From assembly GCA_034670305.1 (NCBI GenBank), contig JAXMNT010000013.1:32001-96000 (forward strand): a stretch of 64,000 bases of DNA, in the 5' to 3' direction. The first letter of the stretch is position 1. The number at the start of each line of letters is the position of its first letter. This DNA comes from Deltaproteobacteria bacterium. Its GTDB lineage: Bacteria; Myxococcota_A; Polyangia; Polyangiales; Houyiibacteriaceae. Under the pieces are notes generated by a model. The model had not been told where the DNA came from. It was given only the letters and a program-made list of their open reading frames with translations, and searched no databases. The translations under genes and the position numbers were made by a program. Positions 28,333-40,483 of this stretch are shown piece after piece.

Positions 28333-29031
28333 ATGGACGTACGGACCACGATCCTCGACGAAGCCACCCGCCTCTTCGCCGCCCACGGCTTCGACGGCAC
28401 CTCCATCCAATCGATCGCAGACGCGGTGGGGGTGCGGAAGCCCAGCCTGCTCTACCACTTCCCATCCAAGGTCGATCTCCGCGAGTCGGTCCTGGAACGG
28501 CTCCTCTCGCACTGGAACGAGAGGTTGCCGGAGCTGCTGCTGGCCGCCGCCACCCCAACAGCGCCGGGCGCCCAGACGCCGCGCGACGGCCGGTTTGATC
28601 GCGTGCTCGACGCGCTGACCTCCTTCTTCCTCGAAGACCCCAACCGGGCACGGCTGCTCGTGCGCGAAGCGCTCGACCGACCGGACGAACTGCGAACGCT
28701 CTTGGTGAAGTACGTCAAACCTTGGATCGGCGTGGTCGCGGACCAACTCGCCACCGCGCGGGCCCAAGGGTTCGTACACGAAGACACGGACGTCGAAGCC
28801 TACGCATTGCACGTGACCCACATGGTCGTCGGCGGCGTCGCGGTGTTCGACACCCTCGGCGCGGTTCTGCCTGGCCGCGCCAGCGAACGCAGCGAGCGAC
28901 TCCGCGCGGAGCTGGTTCGGCTCGCGAAAGCCGGGCTCTTCCGCCGCGGCCAAACGGAGCGCCCCCCACCCCCATCCAAAGACGCTGCGGCCCGCACGCG
29001 CCACACGACTGCCGAGCCCAGCTCGAAGTGA
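28333..29031 (+). CDS. TetR/AcrR-family regulator
   Basis: ILDEATRLFAAHGFDGTSIQSIADAVGVRKPSLLYHFPSK. Confidence 0.95.
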   Translation: MDVRTTILDEATRLFAAHGFDGTSIQSIADAVGVRKPSLLYHFPSKVDLRESVLERLLSHWNERLPELLLAAATPTAPGAQTPRDGRFDRVLDALTSFFLEDPNRARLLVREALDRPDELRTLLVKYVKPWIGVVADQLATARAQGFVHEDTDVEAYALHVTHMVVGGVAVFDTLGAVLPGRASERSERLRAELVRLAKAGLFRRGQTERPPPPSKDAAARTRHTTAEPSSK

Positions 29032-29038
29032 GGACCCG

Positions 29039-30964
29039 ATGAGTACCAACTACTACAAAGACAACGAAGACCTCCGCTGGTACGTCGAACACGGCGTGGA
29101 GTGGGGTCCGCTGGTCGAGTTGACCGAACGTCGTTTCGTCGACCCGGACGGTCCCCAGTCCGTGGCCGAAGCGCTCGAGTCCTACCGAGACATCTTGGGC
29201 ATGGTCGGCGAGTTCGTCGCACAGCAGATCGCGCCGCACGTCGCAGCCATCGACGAGAAGAAGGTGCACTTGGTCGACGGAGAGGTCGTCGCACCTCCCG
29301 AGATGGACCGCATCTTCCAACAGATCGCCGAGCTCGGTCTTCACGGCCTGAGCGTGCCGCGCGAACTCGGGGGCATGAACGTGCCGCTGCTCGTCTACTT
29401 CATGAACAGCGAGGTCATGGGGCGCGCGGACGTGTCCGTCATGGCGCACCACGGGTTCCACGGCGGCATGGCGATGGCGGCGCTTGTCTTCTCGCTGCGC
29501 GAAGGCACCACCACGATCGATCCCGAGACCGGCCGGGTCACCGAGACCAAGTTCGCAGACGCCATCGCCGAGATCATCGAAGGCAAGGCGTGGGGCTGCA
29601 TGGACATCACCGAACCCGACGCCGGGTCCGACATGGCCGCGCTCCGGAGCCGCGGCGTGCAAGACGAAGACGGCCAGTGGTTCGTGACCGGCGAGAAGAT
29701 CTTCATCACCTCGGGACACGGCAAGTACCACTTCGTGATCGCGCGCACGGAAGACGTCGCCGACCCCAGCGATCCGATGTCGGGCCTGAAAGGCCTGAGC
29801 TTCTTCCTGGTGCCCACGTACGAAGACCTTCCGGACGGTTCGCGCCGCCGCATCGTCGAGATCACCCGGCTCGAAGAGAAGCTCGGACACAACGGGAGCG
29901 CGACCGCCGCGCTGCTCTTCGAACGCGCGCCGGCGGTGCTGCTCGGAGAACGCGGTCAGGGGTTCCAGCAGATGTTGATGCTGATGAACAACGCGCGCAT
30001 CGGCGTCGGCTTCGAATGCCTCGGCCTGTGCGAAGCCGCTTGGCGGAAGGCCCGCGACTACGCCGCCGAGCGCCGCTCGATGGGCAAGACGATCGACCGG
30101 CACGAACTCATCGCGGACATGCTCGACGAGATGGAAGCCGACATCGTCGCGATCCGTGCGATGGCGGTGGAGGCGGCCTACCACGAAGAGCTGTCGCAAA
30201 AGCTGCAGCTCGCGCTCGATCACTATGGGCATCTGAGCGAGAGCGAACGCGAAGAGGCCAAGCGCGAGATTCGGTGGCGGAAGAAGAAGGTGCGACGCAT
30301 CACACCGCTGCTCAAAGGCTTCGCGTCGGAGAAGGCCGTGGAGATGGCCCGGCGTTGCGTGCAGATCCACGGCGGCAACGGCTACATGAAAGAGTTCGGC
30401 GCCGAAAAGCTGCTGCGCGACGCGATGGTCATGCCCATCTACGAGGGCACGACGCAGATCCAGGGTCTGATGGCGATGAAGGACACGCTCACCGGCATCC
30501 TGAAGAACCCTCGGCGGTTCGCGCAGAAGAGCGCGCAGGCCCGATGGCGGAGTGTGCGATCGCGGGACCCACTCGAGCGGCGGGTCGCGAAGCTTCAGTC
30601 GCTCGCCTTCGGAGTACAGCGCGCGCTCTTGCTGCGCACCGCCGGCGACAAAGCGCGCGGGCTCGCAGGGCAGCCGATCTCGGAATGGCCGGACCGCTTC
30701 CTCAAGAACTGGGATCCGAAACGCGACTTCGCGTTCGCCATGCTCCACTCGACGCGGCTCGCGGAGCTGCTCACCTACGTGCTCACCTCCGAGCTCTTGC
30801 TCGAGCAGTCGACGAAACATCCGGAGCGGCGCGCGTTGCTCGAGCGGCACCTGGAACGGGCGGAGCTTCGTTGCCACGCGCTCGAGTTCGAGATCACCTC
30901 GAGCGGCGACCGGCTCCTCGAGAAACTCGAGTCGTCCAGCGCTGGGGCTGAAGCCGCCGAGTAG
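29039..30964 (+). CDS. Acyl-CoA dehydrogenase
   Basis: ITEPDAGSD, GEKIFITSG, EEKLG, QIHGGNGY, PIYEGTTQIQ. Confidence 0.95.
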   Translation: MSTNYYKDNEDLRWYVEHGVEWGPLVELTERRFVDPDGPQSVAEALESYRDILGMVGEFVAQQIAPHVAAIDEKKVHLVDGEVVAPPEMDRIFQQIAELGLHGLSVPRELGGMNVPLLVYFMNSEVMGRADVSVMAHHGFHGGMAMAALVFSLREGTTTIDPETGRVTETKFADAIAEIIEGKAWGCMDITEPDAGSDMAALRSRGVQDEDGQWFVTGEKIFITSGHGKYHFVIARTEDVADPSDPMSGLKGLSFFLVPTYEDLPDGSRRRIVEITRLEEKLGHNGSATAALLFERAPAVLLGERGQGFQQMLMLMNNARIGVGFECLGLCEAAWRKARDYAAERRSMGKTIDRHELIADMLDEMEADIVAIRAMAVEAAYHEELSQKLQLALDHYGHLSESEREEAKREIRWRKKKVRRITPLLKGFASEKAVEMARRCVQIHGGNGYMKEFGAEKLLRDAMVMPIYEGTTQIQGLMAMKDTLTGILKNPRRFAQKSAQARWRSVRSRDPLERRVAKLQSLAFGVQRALLLRTAGDKARGLAGQPISEWPDRFLKNWDPKRDFAFAMLHSTRLAELLTYVLTSELLLEQSTKHPERRALLERHLERAELRCHALEFEITSSGDRLLEKLESSSAGAEAAE

Positions 30965-30970
30965 AAACAC

Positions 30971-30999
30971 AAGAGCCCCCGCCATGGGCGGAGGCTCTT
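30971..30999. terminator. Hairpin between convergent genes (probable terminator)
   Basis: AAGAGCC-CCCGCC..GGCGG-A-GGCTCTT inverted repeat. Confidence 0.6.
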
Positions 31000-31018
31000 G
31001 GAAGTGCGCAAGCGGGTG

Positions 31019-31690
31019 CTACTCGAAGACGTCGAGTTCCGCGACCGAAGCTTCGGCGGCCACACTCGGCACATCGACGAGTCGGAGCTGCTGAAGCATC
31101 GTGTTCAGATGGGCTTCTCCCCGGGTGGACCACACCTGGTAGACGCACTGCTGTCCACGAATCGCGATCGTCGCGGCGGCCACGCCTTCTTCTTCGCCCG
31201 CGAGATCCGCGGCGCTGCCATCGGCGAACGCCGGGCGGATCTCTTCGATCATCTCGTCGATGCCCATGGAGGTGCCAGCGATGCCAAACGTCGAGGGCTC
31301 CCCGTCCACGTCGAACTCGAACACCCAGCCACCATCGAGCGCGCTGCCGCGCACGGAGGATCCCTCCGTCGCATCGGGCGCGAGCGGCGCGCACCAGTCG
31401 CGGTTCTCCGCCCCACTCCACGTAGAGAGGAGGGTTCCCGGCACGCGGTTGGCCGCGAGCCGTGCGCCACTCCAGGGAGCGGCCGGAAGGTCCGCCAGTT
31501 CACTGGCGCTGAAGGCGGGCAACTCGGCATCGGGTGCTTCCCGCAGCGCCGGCGCCGGCGTCATCTCGAGTGCGGCCACCGATCCGCCGGTCGAGGTCTC
31601 CACTGCCGCGACGTCGCTCGTCGTGGCACCGGTCGAACATCCCACCATCGCGAACACGATCGCGAGCCCGTACATCTTCGTCTGTTTCAT
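31019..31690 (-). CDS. Hypothetical lipoprotein
   Basis: Lipobox MVGC; CVYQVWS..GEAHL C-terminus. Confidence 0.7.
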   Translation of the reverse strand: MKQTKMYGLAIVFAMVGCSTGATTSDVAAVETSTGGSVAALEMTPAPALREAPDAELPAFSASELADLPAAPWSGARLAANRVPGTLLSTWSGAENRDWCAPLAPDATEGSSVRGSALDGGWVFEFDVDGEPSTFGIAGTSMGIDEMIEEIRPAFADGSAADLAGEEEGVAAATIAIRGQQCVYQVWSTRGEAHLNTMLQQLRLVDVPSVAAEASVAELDVFE

Positions 31691-31864
31691 CTCTTCACCC
31701 TCCGGAACGCGCAGCTGTGCGCTGCGCCAAACACGCTGTGTGCCCAGGAGGACTCGCCCGTCCGCCCAGATCCCCCAGGTAGCCCGGCCGCGATCGCGCG
31801 GTCAAAAAAGTGCGCGGTTCCCAGGCCGCTTGCCGAGCACCGGTCCACGCGACATCACAGCGGG

Positions 31865-32851
31865 GTGAAGATTCAAAAGGCACTGGTCACCGGAGCGAGT
31901 GGATTCATCGGCGGACGGCTGCGCGATGCCCTGCTCGCGGACGGTGTCGACGTGGTGGCGATCCGCCGCGGCGGCTCTCCTGCGAGCTCCAAGGGGCGCT
32001 CGGTCGAGGCCGCCTACGACGACGTGGACTCGCTCCGCGCGGTCGTGTCGCAGGAACGCCCCGACGTCGTCTTTCATGTGGCCGGCGTCACGAAGGGCGT
32101 GACCTTCGAGGACTTTCGGAACGGCAACGTCACACCCACCGCAAACCTGCTCGCCGCGCTGAAAGCCGAGCACCCGAAGCTCCGGCGATTCGTGCAGGTG
32201 AGTTCACAGACCTCCTACGGGCCGTCCACGCCTTCGCGTCCCACCATCGAAGACGACCCGCGCCGCCCGGTCGAGTTCTACGGACGGAGCAAACTCGAAG
32301 CAGAGATCCTCGTGGAACGCTCCGGGCTACCGTTCACCATCGTGCGCCCTTCGGGCGTCTACGGTCCGGGCGACGTCGACTTCCTGGAGCTCTTTCGAGC
32401 GGCGTCGATGCGCACCAACCTCTTCTTCGGCAACGAAGCGAAGTGGGGCAGTTTCATCTACGTCGACGACTGCGTGCGCGGCACGCTGATGGCCGCGACC
32501 CACGACGCCACGCTCAATCGAGGCTACTTTCTCACCGACGATGTGCCGACCACCTGGGGTGCGTTTCAGCAACTCATCGTCGACGCGATGCCCCACCGGG
32601 TCTTCACGGTGCGGCTTCCCGAAGCGTTCGTCTCGCTGGCCGCGATGGGCGGCGAGTTCCTCTCGAGCCGCGATGGCAAAGCGCGGCTGATGAACCGGCA
32701 GAAGGCGATCATGAGCGCGCAGGATGCGTGGACGTGCAGCGGCGCGCGGGCGCGGGCGGAGTTCGGGTTCGAAGCCGAGGTGACGCAACGCGAGGGGATC
32801 GCGCGCACCGACCGGTGGTACCGGGAGCAGAACTGGTACCGGTTGCGATAG
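31865..32851 (+). CDS. NAD-dependent epimerase/dehydratase (extended SDR)
   Basis: VTGASGFIG, YGRSK, VRPSGVYGP. Confidence 0.92.
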   Translation: MKIQKALVTGASGFIGGRLRDALLADGVDVVAIRRGGSPASSKGRSVEAAYDDVDSLRAVVSQERPDVVFHVAGVTKGVTFEDFRNGNVTPTANLLAALKAEHPKLRRFVQVSSQTSYGPSTPSRPTIEDDPRRPVEFYGRSKLEAEILVERSGLPFTIVRPSGVYGPGDVDFLELFRAASMRTNLFFGNEAKWGSFIYVDDCVRGTLMAATHDATLNRGYFLTDDVPTTWGAFQQLIVDAMPHRVFTVRLPEAFVSLAAMGGEFLSSRDGKARLMNRQKAIMSAQDAWTCSGARARAEFGFEAEVTQREGIARTDRWYREQNWYRLR

Positions 32852-32870
32852 ACGCCGGGGGCGGCGCTCG

Positions 32871-32930
32871 CTGAAGCCGAAGCCGAATCCGAAGCCGAAG
32901 CCGCTTCCGCTTCCGCTTCTGCTGCTGCCG
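32871..32930. repeat. Period-6 quasi-palindrome (GAAGCC)n then (GCTTCC)n
   Basis: Directly visible between convergent genes. Confidence 0.85.
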
Positions 32931-32936
32931 GGGTGC

Positions 32937-34175
32937 TCAGTCGGGGAGGAGTCGGTGGTAGGCGGAGGGGTACGAGCTGAAGCGGGCGAGGTAGACGAGG
33001 TGTGGGCCGTTGAGATCGCAGCGGTAGCCGCGGGCGACGCGCGTCGGCACCCTGGCGCCCACGTCGAGGAGCATGACCACCTTCTCGGCGTAGTAGCCCT
33101 CTTCCACCATGAAGGTGACTTCGCTGGTCCAGCACACGCGACCGTTCGACACCCGCGGGTCGAGCCCGGACTCCTCGGACAGGGCGCGGCGTTCGCCGGT
33201 GCCTAGGTCGTAGCTCCAGACGATGCCCTCGCGAGACGGCGCGGTGGAACCGGTCGATTGCTGCCACACCACGAGCTCGCCGTCGATGGCCGGCGCGAGG
33301 TGCCAGCCCTCGTCGAGCCCTTCGCTCAGGCGAACCACTTCGCCCGTCTCGAGGTGGAGCGCGTCCACGTGTCGACCGAAGATCGAATCCTCGGCGGTGG
33401 AACGTTCATACACCACCCAGTCTCCGGAGAGGTCTGGCTCGGCGACGCGGAGACCGAACTCCGTGAGCTGCTCGAAACCACCGGCAGCAGTCCACTGCCA
33501 CAGCTCGGCGTGGGACCGCGGCGCGCCTACGTGGAACACGACGCGATCTCCCTCGACCACCGGCGACGAGGCGAACGCGAGGCCGCCCGACTCGAACTCG
33601 TCGCCCGACGCCAGCTCATGGACCACGACCACCCCATCGCCTTCGCGGGTCCACGCGACCCAACCACCGTCGATCGAACCGCCCACCTCGCGGGATGGGT
33701 CGTCGCTCGAGGCGATCGGTTCGGCATGGGGGGTCAATACGTTGGCTTCCGCGGGCGTCGCACGGTCCACGAGCACCACGTCCCCGCTGCCGCTCAGACC
33801 GTGTGCGTCGATCACCGCGAGACCGTCCGACGAGACCCGAACCCGCAGGTCCTGGGTGGCGAGCGTACCGAGGCGCACGACGCAGCCTTCGTCGACCGCT
33901 CCGTCGCAGTCGTCGTCGCGGCCATTGCAGACTTCCTCGACCACGGGCGACTCGCATCGAAGCGCGTCTTCGCCCGCACACACCCAGCGGCCCTCGCACA
34001 GGTCGCCGCCTGGAGCACAAGCTTCGCCGAGTGTGCCCGGAAGATCCTCGAGACCGCCGCACGCGTTGCGGTCGTCGACGACCTCGTCGATCGGCGCCGG
34101 TTCCCAGACGAGACGCGTCCGGGTGCAGCCGGCGGCAAGCGCGCAGACACCGATCAGCAAGAGGGCCCGGCTCAT
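32937..34175 (-). CDS. Lipoprotein with CNGxDDDCDG metal-binding motif and beta-propeller (TolB-like) repeats
   Basis: Lipobox AAGC; EVCNGRDDDCDG; P.I.G..VVW repeats. Confidence 0.75.
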   Translation of the reverse strand: MSRALLLIGVCALAAGCTRTRLVWEPAPIDEVVDDRNACGGLEDLPGTLGEACAPGGDLCEGRWVCAGEDALRCESPVVEEVCNGRDDDCDGAVDEGCVVRLGTLATQDLRVRVSSDGLAVIDAHGLSGSGDVVLVDRATPAEANVLTPHAEPIASSDDPSREVGGSIDGGWVAWTREGDGVVVVHELASGDEFESGGLAFASSPVVEGDRVVFHVGAPRSHAELWQWTAAGGFEQLTEFGLRVAEPDLSGDWVVYERSTAEDSIFGRHVDALHLETGEVVRLSEGLDEGWHLAPAIDGELVVWQQSTGSTAPSREGIVWSYDLGTGERRALSEESGLDPRVSNGRVCWTSEVTFMVEEGYYAEKVVMLLDVGARVPTRVARGYRCDLNGPHLVYLARFSSYPSAYHRLLPD

Positions 34176-35344
34176 GGTGCGACGCCTTCCGGAAAGAAGT
34201 CGCCAGCGGCGAGGTCGCTGAGATCCATCGTGTAGAGATCCCATTGGTCGTTGCGGTCGTCCGCCCAGACCAGCTGATCGGCTTCCATTCGGCCGCTCGT
34301 ACTCCGCCGCGGGTAGTCGGTGACCTGCAGACGCTCGAGCGTTCGGGTGTCGATCAAGACGAGCTCACTGCGTCCTTCGCGGTCGTGCTCGACCACCGCC
34401 CAGCGTCCCTGCAGGTCCGTGGGTTCGTCGCACGGGAACGCGTTCGAGAGTTCGGTCCTGGAACCGGTCTCGATGTCGTACATCACCGCCGCGCACGGTT
34501 TCGGTTCGGTCCATGCCACCCAGGGTTCCCGCACTTCGTTCAAGAGCGCCCGCCCGCGGTCGAGTACGAAGTTGCTGGACTTCGCCATCTCGTCCGGCTG
34601 GGTGGTCACGCGGCGGATGCCCTCCCCGTCCGTGGTGAACAGCTCGTGGAAGTGCAGCAGATGCACCGTGTGGTGTCCGTGGCGGTCGTCGAGCCACACG
34701 ACCTGGTTCCCCTCGACTTCCGGTGCCCGCTGGATGCTGTAGTGCGCCCCGTGAAGCGTGACCGCGCCGGTCCGCAGGTCCATCGAGTACACCTCGTAGT
34801 CCTCGTCGGTCCCGGCCGCGAGCTCGTACCAGGCCACGGTGTGCCCTCCGATGCGACCCCCGTACATCGAGTTCTCGCGCTCCAACCGGTGGGTGACTTC
34901 ACCGGTCTGAGCCGACATCACGACGTAGCCGTCGCCCGTGAGCACCAGCGCACGCTCGCCGGACAGCCGCACCGCCAACGCGTCTTCGGCGAGCACACGT
35001 TCTTCGGTGCCCGGACTGGACGCGGTCGGCAGATCTCGAATCAGGATCTGCCCAGGCGCGCGCGGGAAGAGCGGGTCCGCCCGGAGCCACGCGACCCGGC
35101 CTGCCTCGAGCCGGGGCGCACGATCGTCGAGCAGACTCGTCGTCAGCCGAATCGGGCAGCCCTCGTCGCGTTTGCCGTCGAGATCGTCGTCGATGCCGTT
35201 GCAGCGCTCCGGCACAGCACCCGGCGCGTCGGGCCGGGGGGCATCGGTTCCTGGACCCCCGTCGGCCGCTTCGAAGTGGTGCGACCCGCAGTCACAGCCA
35301 GCCACGCAGGCAAGCCACAGCACAGCGCACGCGCGGACGCTCAC
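34172..35344 (-). CDS. Paralogous lipoprotein with CNGIDDD motif and beta-propeller repeats
   Basis: VAGCDC; ERCNGIDDDLDG; VVWLDDR, LVWADDRN; start approximate. Confidence 0.75.
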   Translation of the reverse strand: MSVRACAVLWLACVAGCDCGSHHFEAADGGPGTDAPRPDAPGAVPERCNGIDDDLDGKRDEGCPIRLTTSLLDDRAPRLEAGRVAWLRADPLFPRAPGQILIRDLPTASSPGTEERVLAEDALAVRLSGERALVLTGDGYVVMSAQTGEVTHRLERENSMYGGRIGGHTVAWYELAAGTDEDYEVYSMDLRTGAVTLHGAHYSIQRAPEVEGNQVVWLDDRHGHHTVHLLHFHELFTTDGEGIRRVTTQPDEMAKSSNFVLDRGRALLNEVREPWVAWTEPKPCAAVMYDIETGSRTELSNAFPCDEPTDLQGRWAVVEHDREGRSELVLIDTRTLERLQVTDYPRRSTSGRMEADQLVWADDRNDQWDLYTMDLSDLAAGDFFPEGVAP

Positions 35345-35486
35345 GAGCGAGGGCGTGCCAATGCGAGTCAACGAGTTCACCAGGCCGCGGCTGAGCACGT
35401 CGCGTGCCAGCTCGCAGCCGGGATGCCCGCTCGAGGATCCGGGGGCGCCGTGGGCAAACTTCGTTTCAGCCTGTACAATCAGGGGT

Positions 35487-36668
35487 ATGGATCGCTTTCT
35501 TGTGTGTCTTTGCGTGTGCGCCGTGGCGGGCTGCAGTGCCCTCATCGACCCCGATGGAAATCAACTCGGCGGAGGCGGTGGCGTCGACGCCGGACCTGGG
35601 ACCGACACGGGACCCCGGCCGGACAGTGGCGGGCCCATGGACGCGGGCATCGACGTCGGTCCGAACATCTGCGTGATCGGCGAACGGTCGTGCGACGATC
35701 TCGATGTGCTCGTGGAGTGCCTCGGCGACCGCTACATGCGCACCGGTTGCCGTGCGACGGGCGAGGTCTGTGTCGAGAGTGGCGGCACCGCGTTCTGTGG
35801 TCCGGATGGTACCGAGTGCGCGCCCGGCGACAGCCGATGCACCGACACGACGACCTTGGAGCGCTGCACCGTGGAGGGGCGCTGGGAATCGATGGACTGC
35901 GAAGAAGCCTGCATCGTGGACGGCGCGGGCGCGCGTTGCGGCGCCAGCCCAGGATGTCCGCCCGGCACCCCGCCGTTCTGTGAAGGGACCGAAGTCGTCG
36001 AGTGCGTCGAAGGAGTCTTCGAGCGCACCAACTGCGCCGACTTTGGCCAAACCTGTGCAAGCCCCGGGGGTGCGGCGATGTGCGTCGGACCGGATTGTTC
36101 GCCCGCAGACGACCGCTGCGAGGGCAACACCGCCATCCGGTGCGACGAGGGCTCGATCACCCGAGAGAGCTGCGGCGACAACGTGTGTGTGCATGCCGAC
36201 GGTCCCCCGACTTGCCGCGCCGACCCCTGCGCGGGGCTCGACTCGATCCGCTCGGGCGACACCGAGAACATCGATCTCTGCGCGGAGTCCGCTGGAAACC
36301 ACTACGAGGTCATGAACGACTGCCGGAGCACCTCCACCGGCAACGACGTGATCCTGCGGCTCGAGATCGAGAGCGAAGGCGACTACACGATCCGAGTCGA
36401 AGACGACGACGGCGGCGCGAGCATCGACACCGTGGTCTACCTCCGCAGTGGCAGTTGCATGGGCCGCCAGATCGCATGCAGCGACGACGACGACTGCCGG
36501 TTCCGCGAGAGCGGGTGCATCGGCGAACTCCAGTACCGGCGCTCTGTCATCACGGAACGACTGGAACCGGGCGTCTACTACATCGTGGTCGACCACTACT
36601 TCCGCGACGGCTGGACCTGCGGCGACGTCGAGGTCCAAGTCTCCCGCTCCTTCTTCCCCGGCGGCTGA
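35487..36668 (+). CDS. Cys-rich lipoprotein with C-terminal PPC-like beta-sandwich
   Basis: Lipobox VAGC; Cys-rich repeats; DTVVYLR..C..QIACSDD..LEPGVYYIVVD. Confidence 0.75.
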   Translation: MDRFLVCLCVCAVAGCSALIDPDGNQLGGGGGVDAGPGTDTGPRPDSGGPMDAGIDVGPNICVIGERSCDDLDVLVECLGDRYMRTGCRATGEVCVESGGTAFCGPDGTECAPGDSRCTDTTTLERCTVEGRWESMDCEEACIVDGAGARCGASPGCPPGTPPFCEGTEVVECVEGVFERTNCADFGQTCASPGGAAMCVGPDCSPADDRCEGNTAIRCDEGSITRESCGDNVCVHADGPPTCRADPCAGLDSIRSGDTENIDLCAESAGNHYEVMNDCRSTSTGNDVILRLEIESEGDYTIRVEDDDGGASIDTVVYLRSGSCMGRQIACSDDDDCRFRESGCIGELQYRRSVITERLEPGVYYIVVDHYFRDGWTCGDVEVQVSRSFFPGG

Positions 36669-36709
36669 GCCAGTCTCGCGAAGTGAGCCAGGCCCGTAGC
36701 GCCAAGAAA

Positions 36710-38092
36710 TCAGAGCCGGAAGTGGAGGCTCTTGGGTCGAGTCAGCTGCTCGTAGCCGAACGGTGAGAGCGTGCAGCCGCGCCCCGAGTCCTTCACGCCG
36801 ACCCATGCGAGATCCGGATCGAGTGCGTCGCATCGGTTCATGAAGACGGTGCCGGTCTCGAGGGCGGTCGCGATCTTGCGGGCCCGATCCACGCTTTGGG
36901 TCCAAATGGACGCGGTCAGCCCGTACGGGCTGTCGTTCATGCGGCGCACGGCCTCCGCTTCGCTGCTGCACGACGCGATGCCGACCACCGGACCGAAGGT
37001 CTCTTCCCGCATGACCAGCATGTCGTCGGTGACGTCGACCAACACCTGCGGCGCGAGGTAGGGCAGCCCACGATCCGCGCCCGCAAAACCTTCGGCGATG
37101 AGCGGGGTCGCGCCGGCCGTGATCGCGCGTTTGATCTGGTTCTGAATCGCGTGTGCGTTTCGTTTGCGCACGACCGGCCCCAGGGTTGTCTCCGCTTCGC
37201 GCGGATCTCCAAGCACGTACTGGCGGGTGAGGGCCGCGAACTTCTCCACGAATGGTTCGTACACGTCCGAGTTCACGTAGATGCGCTCCACGGCACAACA
37301 GCTCTGTCCAGAGTTGAAGAAACTCCCGTCGACGAGGTTCTCCACCGCCAGATCGAGATCTGCGTCCGGCGCGACGTACGCCGGATCCTTGCCGCCGAGT
37401 TCCAGCCCGACCCCCACGAAGCTCGACTCGAGCGCGGTTCGAGCCACCGTGCGCCCGCCCGCCACCGAACCGGTGAACGCGATGAACTTCACGCGGCGAT
37501 CCGACACGAGCGTCGCCGTGCGTTCGTGCGTCGCGTGCACGACCTGGAACACACCAGGCGGCAACTCTGCCTCGGCCGCCGCCTCCGCGAACCGCTCCGC
37601 CACCAGCGGGGTCTGATCGCTGTGTTTGAGCACCACCGAGCAACCCGCCATCAGCGCCGGCACCACCGTGTTGACCGCCGTGAGCCACGGGTAGTTCCAG
37701 GGCGCGAGCACGAGCACGGGACCCACCGGCTCCCGAAGCACCTCGCGCACGAAGCCCTTCTTCTCGGGTGGAATCCACGAACGGAGCGCGGGTTCTGCGA
37801 GCGCGATCATGCGCCGGCCGCGATCTTCGAAGCCAGTGATCTCGCCTTCGGTGTAGCGGCGCGGCCGACCCATCTGCAGGGTCAGCTCGTCCGCCAAGAC
37901 GCTCTTTTTCGCCACGACCGCATCGATGAAGGCGGTGACGAACTTCGCGCGACGCTCGAGCGGGATGGCCCGCCACGCCTCGAAGCCCAGGACGGACGCA
38001 TCCAGGATCCGGTCGACCTCCGGGATCGTCGCGCAGGGATGCTCCGCGACCACGCTGCCATCGATGGGGGACACACACACCAGGTTCGGCAT
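36710..38092 (-). CDS. Aldehyde dehydrogenase
   Basis: PWNYP, FTGS, LELGGKDP, GQSCC, EETFGP. Confidence 0.95.
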   Translation of the reverse strand: MPNLVCVSPIDGSVVAEHPCATIPEVDRILDASVLGFEAWRAIPLERRAKFVTAFIDAVVAKKSVLADELTLQMGRPRRYTEGEITGFEDRGRRMIALAEPALRSWIPPEKKGFVREVLREPVGPVLVLAPWNYPWLTAVNTVVPALMAGCSVVLKHSDQTPLVAERFAEAAAEAELPPGVFQVVHATHERTATLVSDRRVKFIAFTGSVAGGRTVARTALESSFVGVGLELGGKDPAYVAPDADLDLAVENLVDGSFFNSGQSCCAVERIYVNSDVYEPFVEKFAALTRQYVLGDPREAETTLGPVVRKRNAHAIQNQIKRAITAGATPLIAEGFAGADRGLPYLAPQVLVDVTDDMLVMREETFGPVVGIASCSSEAEAVRRMNDSPYGLTASIWTQSVDRARKIATALETGTVFMNRCDALDPDLAWVGVKDSGRGCTLSPFGYEQLTRPKSLHFRL

Positions 38093-38151
38093 GCGGCGGA
38101 GCGTACCCCCCGACGGCGCGGCGTCGAGCCGGAACGACTCGTCGCCTGGGG

Positions 38152-39776
<1,625 letters not shown>

Positions 39777-39780
<4 letters not shown>

Positions 39781-40151
39781 GTGCGCGCCGCAGCCACGAG
39801 TTTCTCGATCTTCTCGAGCAGTCGATTCAAGTCGACGGGTTTGGTGTCGTAGTCGTCGCACCCGGCGTCGAGCGCCTTCTCGCGGTCCCCGCGCATCGCG
39901 TGGGCGGTGAGCGCGATGATGGGGATCCGAGCGGTGGCTTCATCTGCCTTGAGGCGACGGCTCGCCTCCCATCCGTCGAGCCTTGGGAGGCTCATGTCCA
40001 TGAGCACCAGATCGGGCGCTTCGGACTGGGCTTTCTCGATGCCCTCCTGGCCGTCTACGGCCAGCACCACTTCGAACCCGCGTCGAGCCAGCCGTCGCGA
40101 CAGCATGTCGCGGTTCAACTCGTTGTCTTCGACGAGCAAGATCTTGGTCAT
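39777..40151 (-). CDS. Single-domain response regulator (DivK-like)
   Basis: ILLVEDN, LMDMSLP, ALTAHAM, YDTKP. Confidence 0.95.
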
Positions 40152-40483
40152 GCCCGTCCCCACAAGCGCAGGGCACTCGGGTTCGGGTGCCGAGGCTCGA
40201 CGGCGACAAGGCTGGCGGGGGTCAGATTCACGATGGGGCTACGGCGGACAGGCACGCGTGACGCGTGGAGCAAGTTCGGGCGGGTCGAACCGGGCTCCGA
40301 TGGTAGATTCCTGGGCGTGATCCTACCGCATTTGCAGCTGGGCTCCATAGCAGACAGTCCACGGATGCCGATCGCTGCGGATCGTGCGTGGGTCAGGCGG
40401 GGTCGCCGAGGGTGGTTTCGGTCGGAAGCGTCGCGGGCGCGGCTGGGCTCCGCCGGTGCGGCCAGATCGTCAGGGCACGACCG

